Origin: Mobula hypostoma
Taxonomy: Eukaryota
Reading direction: 5' to 3'
NCBI RefSeq assembly: GCF_963921235.1
Contig: NC_086109.1
Location: forward strand, 15,502,001 to 15,566,000
Length of the DNA: 64,000 nucleotides
Shown here piece after piece: positions 11,956-23,423 of the stretch. The number at the start of each line of letters is the position of its first letter. The stretch's first letter is position 1. The position numbers and the translations under genes were made by a program. A model generated the notes under the pieces. That model was not told the DNA's origin. It was given only the letters and a program-made list of their open reading frames with translations, and did no database searches.

Positions 11956-12387
11956 ACTTTTGGTCTCTTTAACAATTGTTGCTTTTTCAACCCTTGTACT
12001 GCAGGTTTTGGTTGCAGCAATGTGTGTGGGAGACGGATTAATGTATGCCTAAGGGAAATGACACAGCTGCTGAATCAACCTAGACCAGTGCTCATCACTA
12101 ATGCAGACTTGGTTCCTGCATGAAGTCTGGCTCAGTAGGTGGATATTGCCCATTAATGATTTCTGTAGCACTGCAGAACTCCTCTGTTTTGACAGCATCG
12201 ACAGGCAGCCTATGCTCACATCTTTGCCTACACTACCCTATAACCGTTGTATCATTTGCAAAACACACACACACACACACAAAATGCTGGAGGTCAGGCA
12301 GCGTCTATAGAAATGAATAAACAATCAACATTTCAGGCTGAGACCCTTCATCATGAGCATCCATTGTATCAATTGTATCAGCGAATT

Positions 12388-12992
12388 GCTCGGTGGCGGT
12401 GGAGCTAGATATATTGCATACCGTTTATGGCGTTGTTGCCTGGACTTGTGTACCATTGTGTCGAGACAGTGCGCGATCTAACAAATGGAGGGAGTGATTG
12501 TCTTGTACGTTTTCCTTGTGATCGCAAGACCCTGTTGGACATTGGCCACATAGGATAATGCAAGAACAGTTCACTGGTGAGACCAATGTGGAGGCGGGGG
12601 GGGGGTGAGGGAATTTGTGTCGACTCGATTGTGGCAAGGGTTATGCCCAGGCCATGGGGTCACCTGCTGCAACCTCCCAGGGGAGGAGAGCAGGAGCCTC
12701 TTTTGGGTGCACTATATCCCATACCGCATTGGGGTGGCCCCTGCTGTTGGTGCTGCCCTCCAGTGTTTGCCTGGTGGAGGAACAAGCTGGACAGAGGCGA
12801 TCTACAGTCATGCCACTCAGGGACCTGGTGCTATAAATTTTTTCTTTGTGACTGCATATTTTTCTGAAATCATAATTATATGTGCTATTTGTGCTCTGTG
12901 CAGTGTGCTGCTGGTAGTATGTGTTGCACTTTGGCTCTGTTTAGTTCGGCTGCATTCGTGTATGGTTGAATGATAATTAAACCTGAACTTGA
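12388..12992 (+). mobile_element. Non-coding non-autonomous retroelement with LINE-like (TTGAAC) tail; a second copy at 9781-10037 + 11365-11445 (-) is split by the CR1
   Basis: Shared ctgttggtgctgccctc...tgccactcagggac...gtatggttgaatgataattaaacctgaacttga. Confidence 0.65.
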
Positions 12993-13729
12993 GTGTGATT
13001 CAGCTCAGCTATTAGACACCTGGTAAAACGCCAACTTCTTAAACAATATTTTTTTTCAACCGTTGTCACTAAAACTGTTTATCTATTTATGAATAACATA
13101 GTGGAACCTTGCTATTGAAAAGTTGTCACCACATTTGCAACCCAGGGTCACTGTTCATACTTCAAAACATGATTTCAACGGAAGCTGTTATATAAAAGCA
13201 TATCTTTCAATCTCCAATCTCCTGTTTTCTTTCCTCCTTTCTTTCATTTCTACTACTATTGGGCAAGAGGTACAGGAGCCTTTGGTCCCATACCACCAGG
13301 TTCAGTAAGTTATTATCCTATAACCATTAAGCTTCTTGAACAAGCATCGATAACATCACTCACCTCAACTCTGAACTAATTTCACAAACTACAGACCCAC
13401 TTTCAAGAACTCTACAACTCATGTTTTCATTATTAGCCATCTAGCTCTTTATTTATTCATCTGTTTATTTATTCATTCATTTATCTTTTGCACATTGGCT
13501 ATTTGTCAGTCTTTGTTTATGTATAGTTTTCATAAGTTCTAATATACTTTTTTCATTTTCCATTAAAGGCCTGCAATAAAATGAATGTCAAGGTAGCATA
13601 CAGTGACATATACATACTTTGATATTAAATTTGCATTGACTTTCTTTCTCATTCTTTTCCTCCTCACTGATGAGGAAATTATCCAAATTTAGTTGAACAG
13701 CAAATATGTATTCAACTATGATAAGCAGA

Positions 13730-14260
13730 TTATAGAAAACATTCTTTTAGGGTGCATCACAGCCTGGTATGGAAGTTGTCCTGTCCAAGACCGGAAGAAG
13801 CTGCAGAAGATCATGAACACGGCGCAGCACATCACACAAACCAATCTTCCGTCCTTGGACTCACTTTACACCGCACGCTGTCGGAGCAGTGCTGCCAGGA
13901 TAATCAAGGACATGACCCACCCAGCCAACACACTTTTTGTCCCTCTTCCCTCCGGGAGAAGGCTCAGGAGCTTGAAGACTCATACGGCTAGATTTGGGAA
14001 CAGCTTCTTTCCAACTGTGATAAGACTGCTGAATGGATCCTGACCCGGATCTGGGCCGTACCCTCCAAATATCCGCATCTGCCTCTTGGTTTTTTTGCAC
14101 TACCTTACTTTCCATTTTACTATTTTCTATTTATGATTTATAATTTAAATTTTTAATATTTACTATCAATTTGTAGTCCAGGGAGCGGGAAGCGCAGAAT
14201 CAAATATCGCTGTGATGATTGTACATTCTAGTATCAATTGTTTGGCGACTATAAAGTATA
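13730..14260 (+). mobile_element. Rex1/Babar-type LINE 3' end
   Basis: IENILLGCITAWYGSC...PLPSGRRLRSLKTHTARFGNSFFPTVIRLLN*, tail ataaagtataa. Confidence 0.85.
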
Positions 14261-15935
14261 ATGTGTTGTTTTTAATAATATTAAGGCTATGAGGACAAGT
14301 TGAGTATTCACAATGAGTTCCTATGCTTCCACTCCAGTCAGCATCACCTACAGGGCACCAATCGGGAGCGTTTTTGAGGATTTTTCTCGTGTGAATAGAT
14401 GCAGGAGAAAGGGGTTCAGTACAAACCTTGATCAGTGCATTGCCTGCCAACACAGAGTCAGACAACACTGAAACTTGCCTTTCGGCCCATCAAGTCAATG
14501 CTTCACACTGATTTTACACTCATCCATCTATACTCTCCCTACATTCCTCTCAACTCACGGTGCTCACATTAGGGGAAGGTGGAGCCTCTTGACAAAATCC
14601 ATGTAGTCACAGGGAGAAGCTGCAAGCTCCACACAGGCAGCACTGGAAGTCAGGAATGAATCCAGATAACAGGAGTCTCGACACTCACCACCAGGTTCAG
14701 GGATAGTTATCACCCCTTAACCATCAGGCTCTTGAACCAGTGGGGATAACTTCAACTTCAGTCGCCCCATCATTGGACACTTCCTACTGTCAATGGACTC
14801 ACTTTCAAGGACTCTTCATCTCATGTTCTCCATATTTATTGCTTATTTATTTAGTCATTACTATTTTCTTTAATAAGAACTTTGAACTTTTTTTACCGTC
14901 CCCATGGCCTGTTCTTCATCAAGTTACAGTATTGCTTGCACTGTTGTAATGATATGTTATAATTATGTGGTTTTTGTCAGTTTTTCCAGTCTTGGTTTGT
15001 CTTGTGTTTCTGTGATATCACAGCGGAGGAACATTGTATCATTTCTTAATGCATGCATTACTAAATGACAATAAAAGAGGACTGCGTGTCCTCATAATCT
15101 AATCTAATTTGCACAGTTTGTTGTCTTTTGCACACTGATTGTTCATCCCCGCCCTGTTGGGTGCAGCCTTTTATGGATTAACTGAGTATGCCCACAAGAA
15201 AATGAATCTCAGGGTTGTACAAGTTGACATAGATGGACTCTGATAATAAATTTAATTTGAACCTTGAACTTTGCAGCTCTGACATAGCAGATCTATTAGG
15301 TATGCCATCTCAGAAAGGCCAAATCATCCACCATGGACAAACCATTGATGTAGCTTATAAAGAATGCACTACAGCAAGTTGTTAAAATTTCTTCAAAGCC
15401 ATCAACTGCATCGCCCAGCACAGTCTATTGGTGATAAGGATTAGTGACAATCATCCTGATTGGATATTTAGGCATCAACTTCCTGTAGCTCTCTACCTAA
15501 TTGTAGGGATCTTCACCACATGGTTCAAGGCAACTTCTTTTCAAGGGCATGTTGACTTGCCCAATAAAAGCCAAAAATTTAACGGAACGACAAAAGCAGT
15601 TGATAATCCTATCCAAGCTGAGTACTAAAACCCTAGCTGTCTGTAAGTGTTCTTATACAATGTTGGTACTGTTAGTTCTCAAAAACAGGGGCCTTTTGCA
15701 GTCTGTAGAAACATGGCGGTAAACATCAGAATTCTCATTAATGTTACCAAGTTTTTCCTCAGACATAATCCTCACAACCCAGTGGTATTCTCTTGTCTTC
15801 ATTCTTTGTGTGACCTTCGTTCCTTTTGTGACAGGATCCCTTGTTCCTACCTGCTTTGGCCTTTTACTTGTTGCTTCTTCTTCTACTAGGCATCTTAAAA
15901 AATATCAGAGGACAAGACTTCCCTGCACACCTATA

Positions 15936-17080
15936 AATAAGAGAAAATCCGCAGATGCTGGAAATCCAGAGTAACACACTCAAAATGCTGGAGGAACTCA
16001 GCAGGCCAGGCAGCATCTATGGTAAAGAGTAAACAGTCGATGTTTTGGGCCAAGACACTTCATCAGGACTAGAGAGAAAAGATAAGCTCAGAGTAAGAAG
16101 GTAGGGAGAGGAGAGGAAGAAACACAAGATTGTAGGTGATAGGTTAAACTGGGGGAGGTGAAGGGATGAAGTAAAGATCTGGGAAGTTGATTGGTGAAAG
16201 AGATCCAAGGCTGGAGAAGGGGGATCTCTGATAGGAGGAGACTGAAGACCATGGAAAAAAGGGAAGGAGAAAGAGTACCAGAGGGAAGTAATGGGCAGGA
16301 AAAGAGACAAGGTAAAAGGGGGAAATGGGAATGGGGAATGGCGAAGGATGGGGGAAGGGGGAGCCATTAGTGGAAGTTCAAGAAATTGATGTTCATGCCA
16401 TCAAGTTGGAGGCTACCCAGACGGAATACAGCATGTTGCTACTCCAACCTGAGCATGGCCTCATCGTGGCATTAGAGGAGCCCACAGACTGATATGTTGG
16501 AATGGAAATGAACTAGAATTAAAATGAGTGACTACTAGGAGATCCTGCTTTATCTGGCAGATGGAGCGTAGGTGCTCAGCGAAGCGGTCTCCCAATCTAC
16601 ATTGGGTCTCACTGATATACAGGAGGCTACACCGAGAACACTGGATATAGTAGATGAACCGAAAAGACTCAGGTGAAATGTAGCCTCACCTGTTTGGGGC
16701 CCTGAATGATAGTGAGGAAGGAGGTGGAGGGGCAGGTGTAGCACTTGTTCTGCTTGTAAGGATGAGTGCCAGGAGGGAGATCAGTGGGGAGGGACAAATG
16801 GACAATGGAGTCATGTAGGGAGCAAACCCTGGGGAAAGCAGAAATTGGGGTGCTTGGTGATGGCATCCTGTTGGAGAAGTTTTGGATAATTATGCGCTGG
16901 GTGCAGAGGCTGGTGGGGTGGTAGGTGAGGACAAGGGGAACCCTATCCCTAGTGGGATGGTGAGAGGATGGGGTGAGGGCAGACATGCGCGAAATGAAAG
17001 AGATGTGGGTGAGGGCAGCGATGAAGTTGGAGGAAGGGAAGCCCCTTTCTTTGAAGAAGGAGGACAGTTCCTTCATTCTA
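15936..17080 (-). mobile_element. Penelope-like retroelement, 3' part
   Basis: ORF 16669-17076: SSFFKERGFPSS...RDRVPLVLTYHPTSL...KCYTCPSTSFLTIIQGPKQ; LLYISET (GIY-YIG relic) near 16610; hammerhead-like motif at 16034-16071. Confidence 0.85.
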
Positions 17081-17410
17081 GAACTCTTATCATCTTGTAC
17101 ACCTCAATCAAATCACCTCTCATCCTTTTTCACTCCTAAGAAAAAAACCCTAGCCTGCTCAACCTGTCCCCATAAGACATGCTCTCTCTTCCAGGCAGCA
17201 TCTTGGTAAACCTCCCCTGTACTTGCTCTAAAGCTTCCACATTTTTCCTATAACGAGTAGACCAGAACTGAACTTAATATTCTACATGTGGTCTAACCAG
17301 GGTTTTATAGAGCTACAACATTACCTCACAGCTCTTCAACGCAATCTCCCAACTAAAGAAGGTCAACACATCATACACCTTAACAATCCTATCAAATTGC
17401 ACATTGACTT
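17080..17410 (-). mobile_element. CR1 LINE fragment
   Basis: Minus strand reads LYKTLVRPHVEY*VQFWSTRYRKNVEALEQVQGRFTKMLPG. Confidence 0.75.
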
Positions 17411-18317
17411 TGGTTGTGGTTGTGGACTCTAACCCATTTCACTCTTCTCCCAACTAAACCTCTCCTCCCCAACTTTTAATGCTGAGACCTCTCCTTGCAG
17501 AAGGGAATTGCTGCGGGAACAATTTTTTGGTGCTGTTGAATTGCCACATTCACTGAGGCCAGTGGCCAGGAAGTCTCGCATCAAAGAGAGAACATAAAAG
17601 AAACTAAAATTAATCCCTCGCTGTGCCTAGTTTTCTTGGCAGTTCACCTTTCGGAGGCAGCCAAGTAGCGTGACCAGCTGTGCTAAACCTGCACTTAGGG
17701 AGCCAATGGGAGCAGCAAGGAGCTATGTGTCAAATAAGAGGCTGGCAGCGATTAACATTGGCATGGGAGTGCATTTATGCAAAGTACTTCCTATGAAAGA
17801 TCACAAAGTCTGGGCCGGCTTTCCATTCTTTGTAAGGAGAGAATTTGATCATCTAAATGGCCTTGATTCTACCTTGATTGAAGTTGTGAACAAATTTGTA
17901 TATGCAAATCCTACCGTAATAACAGTTTGCAGTTGTATAACACCCTTATCAAAGTAACTTTGCAGCACTTAAGGTGTCTAGTGTTGGCTTCTGTCAGAAA
18001 ACCCATGTCGATTTTCAACCACAAGCGTGCACGCACGTATACACACACACGTACATTCTTCAGTTACTTTATTCTGTTAGACATTGAATAATCAGCACAT
18101 ATTTGTGTTATATCACTAGTTTGCACTTAATGGGGTTTTCCTTTTTAAATATTTATTTTTCTACTCTGGAGCAGTAATGATTCATTGTGACATTGAAAGA
18201 GCAATCTGTTGGCCTCCCTCTCGCTGTGGAAATGGTGACACTTCTCTGTCCCTTGTTAGTGAGAGAGGCAGCCTGTGGCATGGCGAAGTGCTGGGTCATG
18301 GACTGTAGTTTTTGTTG

Positions 18318-18552
18318 TGTGGTAAACCATATAGATAGATATATGTTGTAACTGGGTTACCTGTCTGGACACGCCCCTCTGCTGACTGCTCCTGTGGCTC
18401 CTCCCACAGACCCCTGAGTAAAGGTGATTGTGCCACTGCTCCTCCCTCAGTCCGGGGCAGATACCCATCATGGACGTTGGACCATTTACTGTTAATAAAA
18501 GCCTTTCAGTATTTACTCTACTTCCAGTCTTTTGGAGTAATTGATAGTGCAT
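18318..18552 (+). mobile_element. Short solo LTR (Gypsy-like)
   Basis: Starts TGTGGTAAACC, contains AATAAAAG, ends ttgatagtgcat (terminal CA apparently lost); GTTG on both flanks (18314-17, 18553-56). Confidence 0.6.
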
Positions 18553-19645
18553 GTTGGTTACGGGCTCTCTGGGGGCTTGCTATTGCTTGCTTGGTGGTTG
18601 GTGGGCACTGATGCTTCCTGCTAGAACAAGTGGGGGAAGGATTGATGCTTTGTTGCTGCATGTGCATGGGGGGGGGCTTTGGAGGTTCTAATGCTATTTG
18701 TCATCTATTCTTTGGGGTGTTTCTTCTGTTGCATGGATGTCTGTGAAGAGCAAGAATTTCAGGTTGCATACTGTATACATTCCTTGATATTAAATGGAAC
18801 CATAGGTACAGGCTCTGGCAGCCCATTGCCACATCATTCAAAAAGCCAATCTTTATAATTGAACATAGAAAGAATAACTGTCAATATTTAGACCTGGCAG
18901 CTTTTTTTCTAGCTCAGAGGAGAACATTATTTATTTGAGTATAGGATGGGAGGAGCACATTAGTCAGATGTGGAAACATTTTTCATTTGGATATAGCTAC
19001 TTTGAAGCATATAATGCAGCAGGGCAAGACATGGAGGAAGCATTATTCTGCATCTGGGCTTGGAGCAGTGCATTATTCAGTTAGGTCAAGCCATTAGATA
19101 AATGTAATTTCCAATACATTACGTCTCATATTAGTTCCTCGATCACATTACAGCGGAGAAACGGAGCTACTCCTGCCTTATGCATTTTGAACTACAATCA
19201 GAGTAGTGGCATATATCATTACAAAAATTCATAAGCTTTTGACTCAGTCCACAGTCGAGAAGCTTTCTTCCCCAACATTATGATAAACTTCCTTAAAAGA
19301 TGGTTAATGGTATATCAGTAAACTCTATTAGAAAGGAGTCGATCGATTATCTAGGTACAAGCTATATTGAATGTTCTGGGGATGAGTACAAACAGACATG
19401 ATCTAACACTGCACAGAATACAATGGACACAGTCCTATTGGGACTGTGGAAATGTAATTTCTGGAATGGACTGGTCAGAGCTGAATAATGTCCCAGATTT
19501 TAGCACTTGATCAACTCTACAGAGCTAGAAAAAAAATTCACTGATGTTTTTTCTCTTGGAAAAATTGGCTGGGATATCAAATAAATGAGAAAGAATGCCA
19601 ATTTGTGTGCACAGAAGCTAGAAGACAGGCCAATCTGCTTGATAT

Positions 19646-19925
19646 GGGTGGCACATTAATGTAGTGGTTAGCTCAATGCTTTACAGAGCAGGAGACCCAG
19701 GTTCAATTCCTGCTGTTGCTTGTTAGGAGTTTGTACATTCTCCCTGAGACCACGTGGGTTTCCTCCTGTTGCTCTGGTTTCCTCCCATAGTCCAAAGGCA
19801 AACTGGATGGTAGGTTAGTTGGTCATTGTAGGCTAGGATTAAACTGAGGGATTGCTGGGTGGCATAGCTCAAAGGGATAGAAGGGCCTACTCTGCCATGT
19901 ACATCAATAAATAAATAAAAATAAA
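19646..19925 (+). mobile_element. tRNA-derived V-SINE (HE1-like)
   Basis: tgtagtggttagc A-box-like, ggttcaattcc B-box, V-domain, (AATA)n tail. Confidence 0.8.
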
Positions 19926-21059
19926 GTGATCTTTTCCAAACTTAGTCTATGGCCCCATTAACCGATGACCCAAAGTATTCCTTTGTCCCCACGGATGCTG
20001 CTCAACTTTTTGTTCCAGGTTCCAGTATCTGCAGTTCCTTGCGTCTCCACTAGGAAATCATTTGGTTTCGGATTTGCATTTTGCTTTCCTATCTCCCTCA
20101 TCACCGTAGTTAACTTTCCATTAATGCTGACGATTAGGTTTATTTGTCACGTGCACATCGAAGCATGGGAACGGACATACAGCGAGAGGCGCTGGTGACG
20201 TCTGAGGTTGTGCTGGAGGCAGCCCTCAAGCGTGGCCATGCTTTCGATACCAATGTAGCACATCCACAACTTACCAACCCCAACTTGTATGTTGCTTTGG
20301 AATGTAGAAGGAAACCAGACTGCCTGGAGGAGGCACGGAGAATGTACAGGCAGTGGCAGGAGCTCAACCCTAAACCTGTTACGCTAACCACTATACCGCT
20401 GTGTTGCTGCCATGCTATTAGCTACAACAATGTGTTGGTGAATTTCACCCCATCATTTGGCAAAAAAAAACATTTTTATTTTATTTTAAGAAGCAGCTCA
20501 GGTACAGGCCTTTCCAGCTGACCAGGCCCGCACCACCTAATAAGACCCATGTGACCAATTAATATACGACCCCCTATGTCTTTGGAATGTGGAGGAACCG
20601 GAAGCATCTGGAAGAAACCCTCATGGTCATGGGAATATACAGTCAGAGATTATTTTTTCCTCTTGATAATAAAGATCTGTAAGGATCTTAGCAAAAGTCT
20701 TCAAAGTTAGGGAAGGTTTTGAGAGAGTGAACACAGAATGCTGCCACGTTTGGGAAAGAACAGAAGTAAAGATTAAACTGGAAGTAATCCTATCAAAGAT
20801 TAAGAGGAGATTTATTTACCAAGAGATAAATGAAGATGGAATTTACATCCCTAAGCAGCAGCTGAGGTGAAAAGTTAGGAAGAAGTCTGATAAGCAAAAG
20901 AGAAAGGATTAAATCAGGATGGATAGGTGTTCATTCTAGCAGGAGAAGAACTGCCTGTTCTAATCCCATTAATGCAAGTAAACAAGAGCTGCGTAAAGGT
21001 TCTGGCACATAGTGCTCGTATGGACACGTTTTCACTCTGATGCTTATTTCACTGATACA

Positions 21060-21575
21060 CACAGTTCTGGTTACCCCACTAGAGGAAGGATGTTGAGGCT
21101 TTGGAGAAGGTTCAGAAGAGGTTTACCAGGATGCTGCCTGGTATAGAGGACATGAGAGGCTGGATAAACTTGGGTTGTTTTCCCTGGCACGCCACAGGCT
21201 GAGGGGAGATCTGATAGATTTACAAGATTATGAGGGGCATAGAATGGACAGAGTATGTGTTTCCCAGGGTTGAAACATCTAACACCAGAGGTCAGACATT
21301 GAAGGCAAGAGTGGATAGGTTCAAGGGGGATGTGAGGGGTAAGTTTTTTTAAAACTCAGAGTCATGGATGCCTGGTACAGTAGTAGAGACAAATACATTA
21401 GAGGCTTTTAAGAGATGTTTGGATAGGCACACGGATGTGAGGAAGATGGAGGGGTATGGATATGGTGTAGGTAGGAGGGATTAGTGTTTGGGTGCTCTAT
21501 ATTTGCTTTTTCACTATTTTGGCACAACACTGTGGGCCGAATGTCCTGTTTCTGTGCTGCACTGTTCTATGTTCT
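21060..21575 (+). mobile_element. CR1 LINE 3' fragment
   Basis: QFWLPH*RKDVEALEKVQKRFTRMLPG...LRGDLID; tail ctgttctatgttcta. Confidence 0.8.
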
Positions 21576-22022
21576 ATTTCCACCATCCTTTCGGGCAGGG
21601 GTTACAGATCCCAGTCATACTTTTAATGATAAAAACAATCTTCATGTCTTCCTAAAAAGGAGCCTTGGAACTCACAGCCAGGCTCATGACCTATCAACCA
21701 TCAGGCTCTTGAACCGGAGGGGACAGCTTCAGTTAACTTCACTTGCCTCATCAATGAAATGTTCCCACAGTCTATGGACTCACTCTCAAGGACTCTTCAC
21801 CTCATGTTCTCAATATTTATTCATTAATATATTATTATTATTTCTTTTTTCTTTTGTATTTGCAGTTTGTTGCATTTTGCATATTGGTTCCATCCTGTTG
21901 GGTGGAGTCTTTCCTTGATTCCATTATGGTTTTTGGATTTACAGAATATGCCCTCTAGAAAATGAATCTCAAGATTGTATATAGTGACATATATTGACAA
22001 TAAATTTACTTTGAAGTTTGAA

Positions 22023-22670
22023 ATTCTGCAGATGCTGGAAATCTTGACCCGGAGGAATTGAGTAAGTCAGACAGCATCTATGGAGGAGAATAAGCAGTCT
22101 ATGTTTCAGGTTGCGACCCTTCATCAGGACTGGAAAAGAAGGGGAAAGAAACCAGGATAAGGTTCTGGGGGAGGGGAAGGAGTACAAGCTGATGGGTGAT
22201 GGATGAAACCAGGGGAGGAGGAAGGTGATGGGTGGGAGAAGCGATAAGGCATGAAGCTGGCTGGTGAGAATGTGGATGAGGTAAAGGCTTGAAGAAGGAG
22301 GAATCTGAGAGGAAAGGACAGTGGACTATGGAAGAAAGTGAAAAAGTGAGGCACCAGAGGGAGGTGATGGGCAGGTGAAGAGAAGAGAAAGGGTGAGAAG
22401 AGAGAAGGGGGATGGGGAAGAAATTACTAGACATTAGAGAAATCCATCTTCATGCCGTCAGGTTGGAGGCTACCCAGACAGAACATGAAGTGTTGCTCCT
22501 CCAACTTTAATCATGGAACCCTCTCTCTCCCCCACCATCTTATTCTGGTTTCTGCCCTCTTCCTTTCCAGTTCTGATGAAGTGTCTCACCCGAACCGTTG
22601 ACTGTCTATTCCTCTCCACAGATGCTGCCTGACCCGCTGAGTTCCTCCAGAATTTTGTGTCCGCTGTTTC
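22023..22670. mobile_element. Two oppositely oriented Penelope-like terminal segments (minus 22023-22508, plus ~22515-22670)
   Basis: Hammerhead-like motifs at 22095-22132 (-) and 22568-22604 (+); shared gatgctgcctgacccgctgagttcctccag terminus. Confidence 0.75.
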
Positions 22671-23133
22671 TTGTCTATTTATAACCTCCTCAGTACAGGA
22701 AATTTTATTCTAGTTAGGTCTCCAAATATCTGAGGACCTCAGTTAAATCTCCCCCCGACATCTCTGTTCTAAAGAAAATAATTTCATCTTTTTTCATAAA
22801 TAAACCTCTCCTGCCTTGGCAATCTCATTATAAATCTGCTGTGTGATTGGCCTAGTGCTAACACATTGTTCTTACAATGTGGTGACCGGAACCATATGGC
22901 ATATCATAGATTTATTTTAAACCCTTCCAACATGAGATTCATGTTCTAACCACTGAATGGAAGTATCCAATATGACTAATTAGGGACATTTAGGAGACTG
23001 CTCTAGGCACTCGGTTGATCAAAAAAATGGAGGGCTATGTGGTAGGGGAAGGGTTAGATTGATCTTAAAGTATGTTCAAAGGTAAGCATAACATCGTGGG
23101 CCAAAGGGTCTGTACTGTGCTGTAATGTTCTAT

Positions 23134-23423
23134 GGGGTGGCAGGGTAGTGTAGGGGTTAGCACAACGCTTTACAGTACCAATGACCTGGGTTCAATTCCT
23201 GACACAGCTTGTAAGGAGTTTGTATGTTCTCCCCATGACCATGTGTGTTTTCTCTGGGTGCTCTGGTTTCCTCCCACAGAAGAAAGACTTACCGGTTGGT
23301 GGGTTAATTGGTCATTGAAAATTGTCCCATGATTAGGCTGGGATTAAATCGGGGGATAACTGGGCGGCATGGCTCGAAGGGTCTATTCCATGCTGTATCT
23401 CAATCAATAAATAAATAAATAAA
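23134..23423 (+). mobile_element. tRNA-derived V-SINE (HE1-like)
   Basis: B-box ggttcaattcc, V-domain, (AATA)n tail. Confidence 0.8.

Noticed and set aside
12005..12140. Acceptor-like ttgtactgcag followed by unique sequence
   Set aside because: The frames I checked hit stops before a convincing donor, and no peptide is recognisable
15655..15920. Minus-strand open frame after an apparent acceptor (ttttctcttatttatag)
   Set aside because: The pyrimidine tract is supplied by the adjacent Penelope terminus, and the peptide is not recognisable
19646..19715. tRNA-like sequences with A and B boxes (here and in other SINE heads)
   Set aside because: They continue into SINE bodies and tails, and no complete cloverleaf is evident
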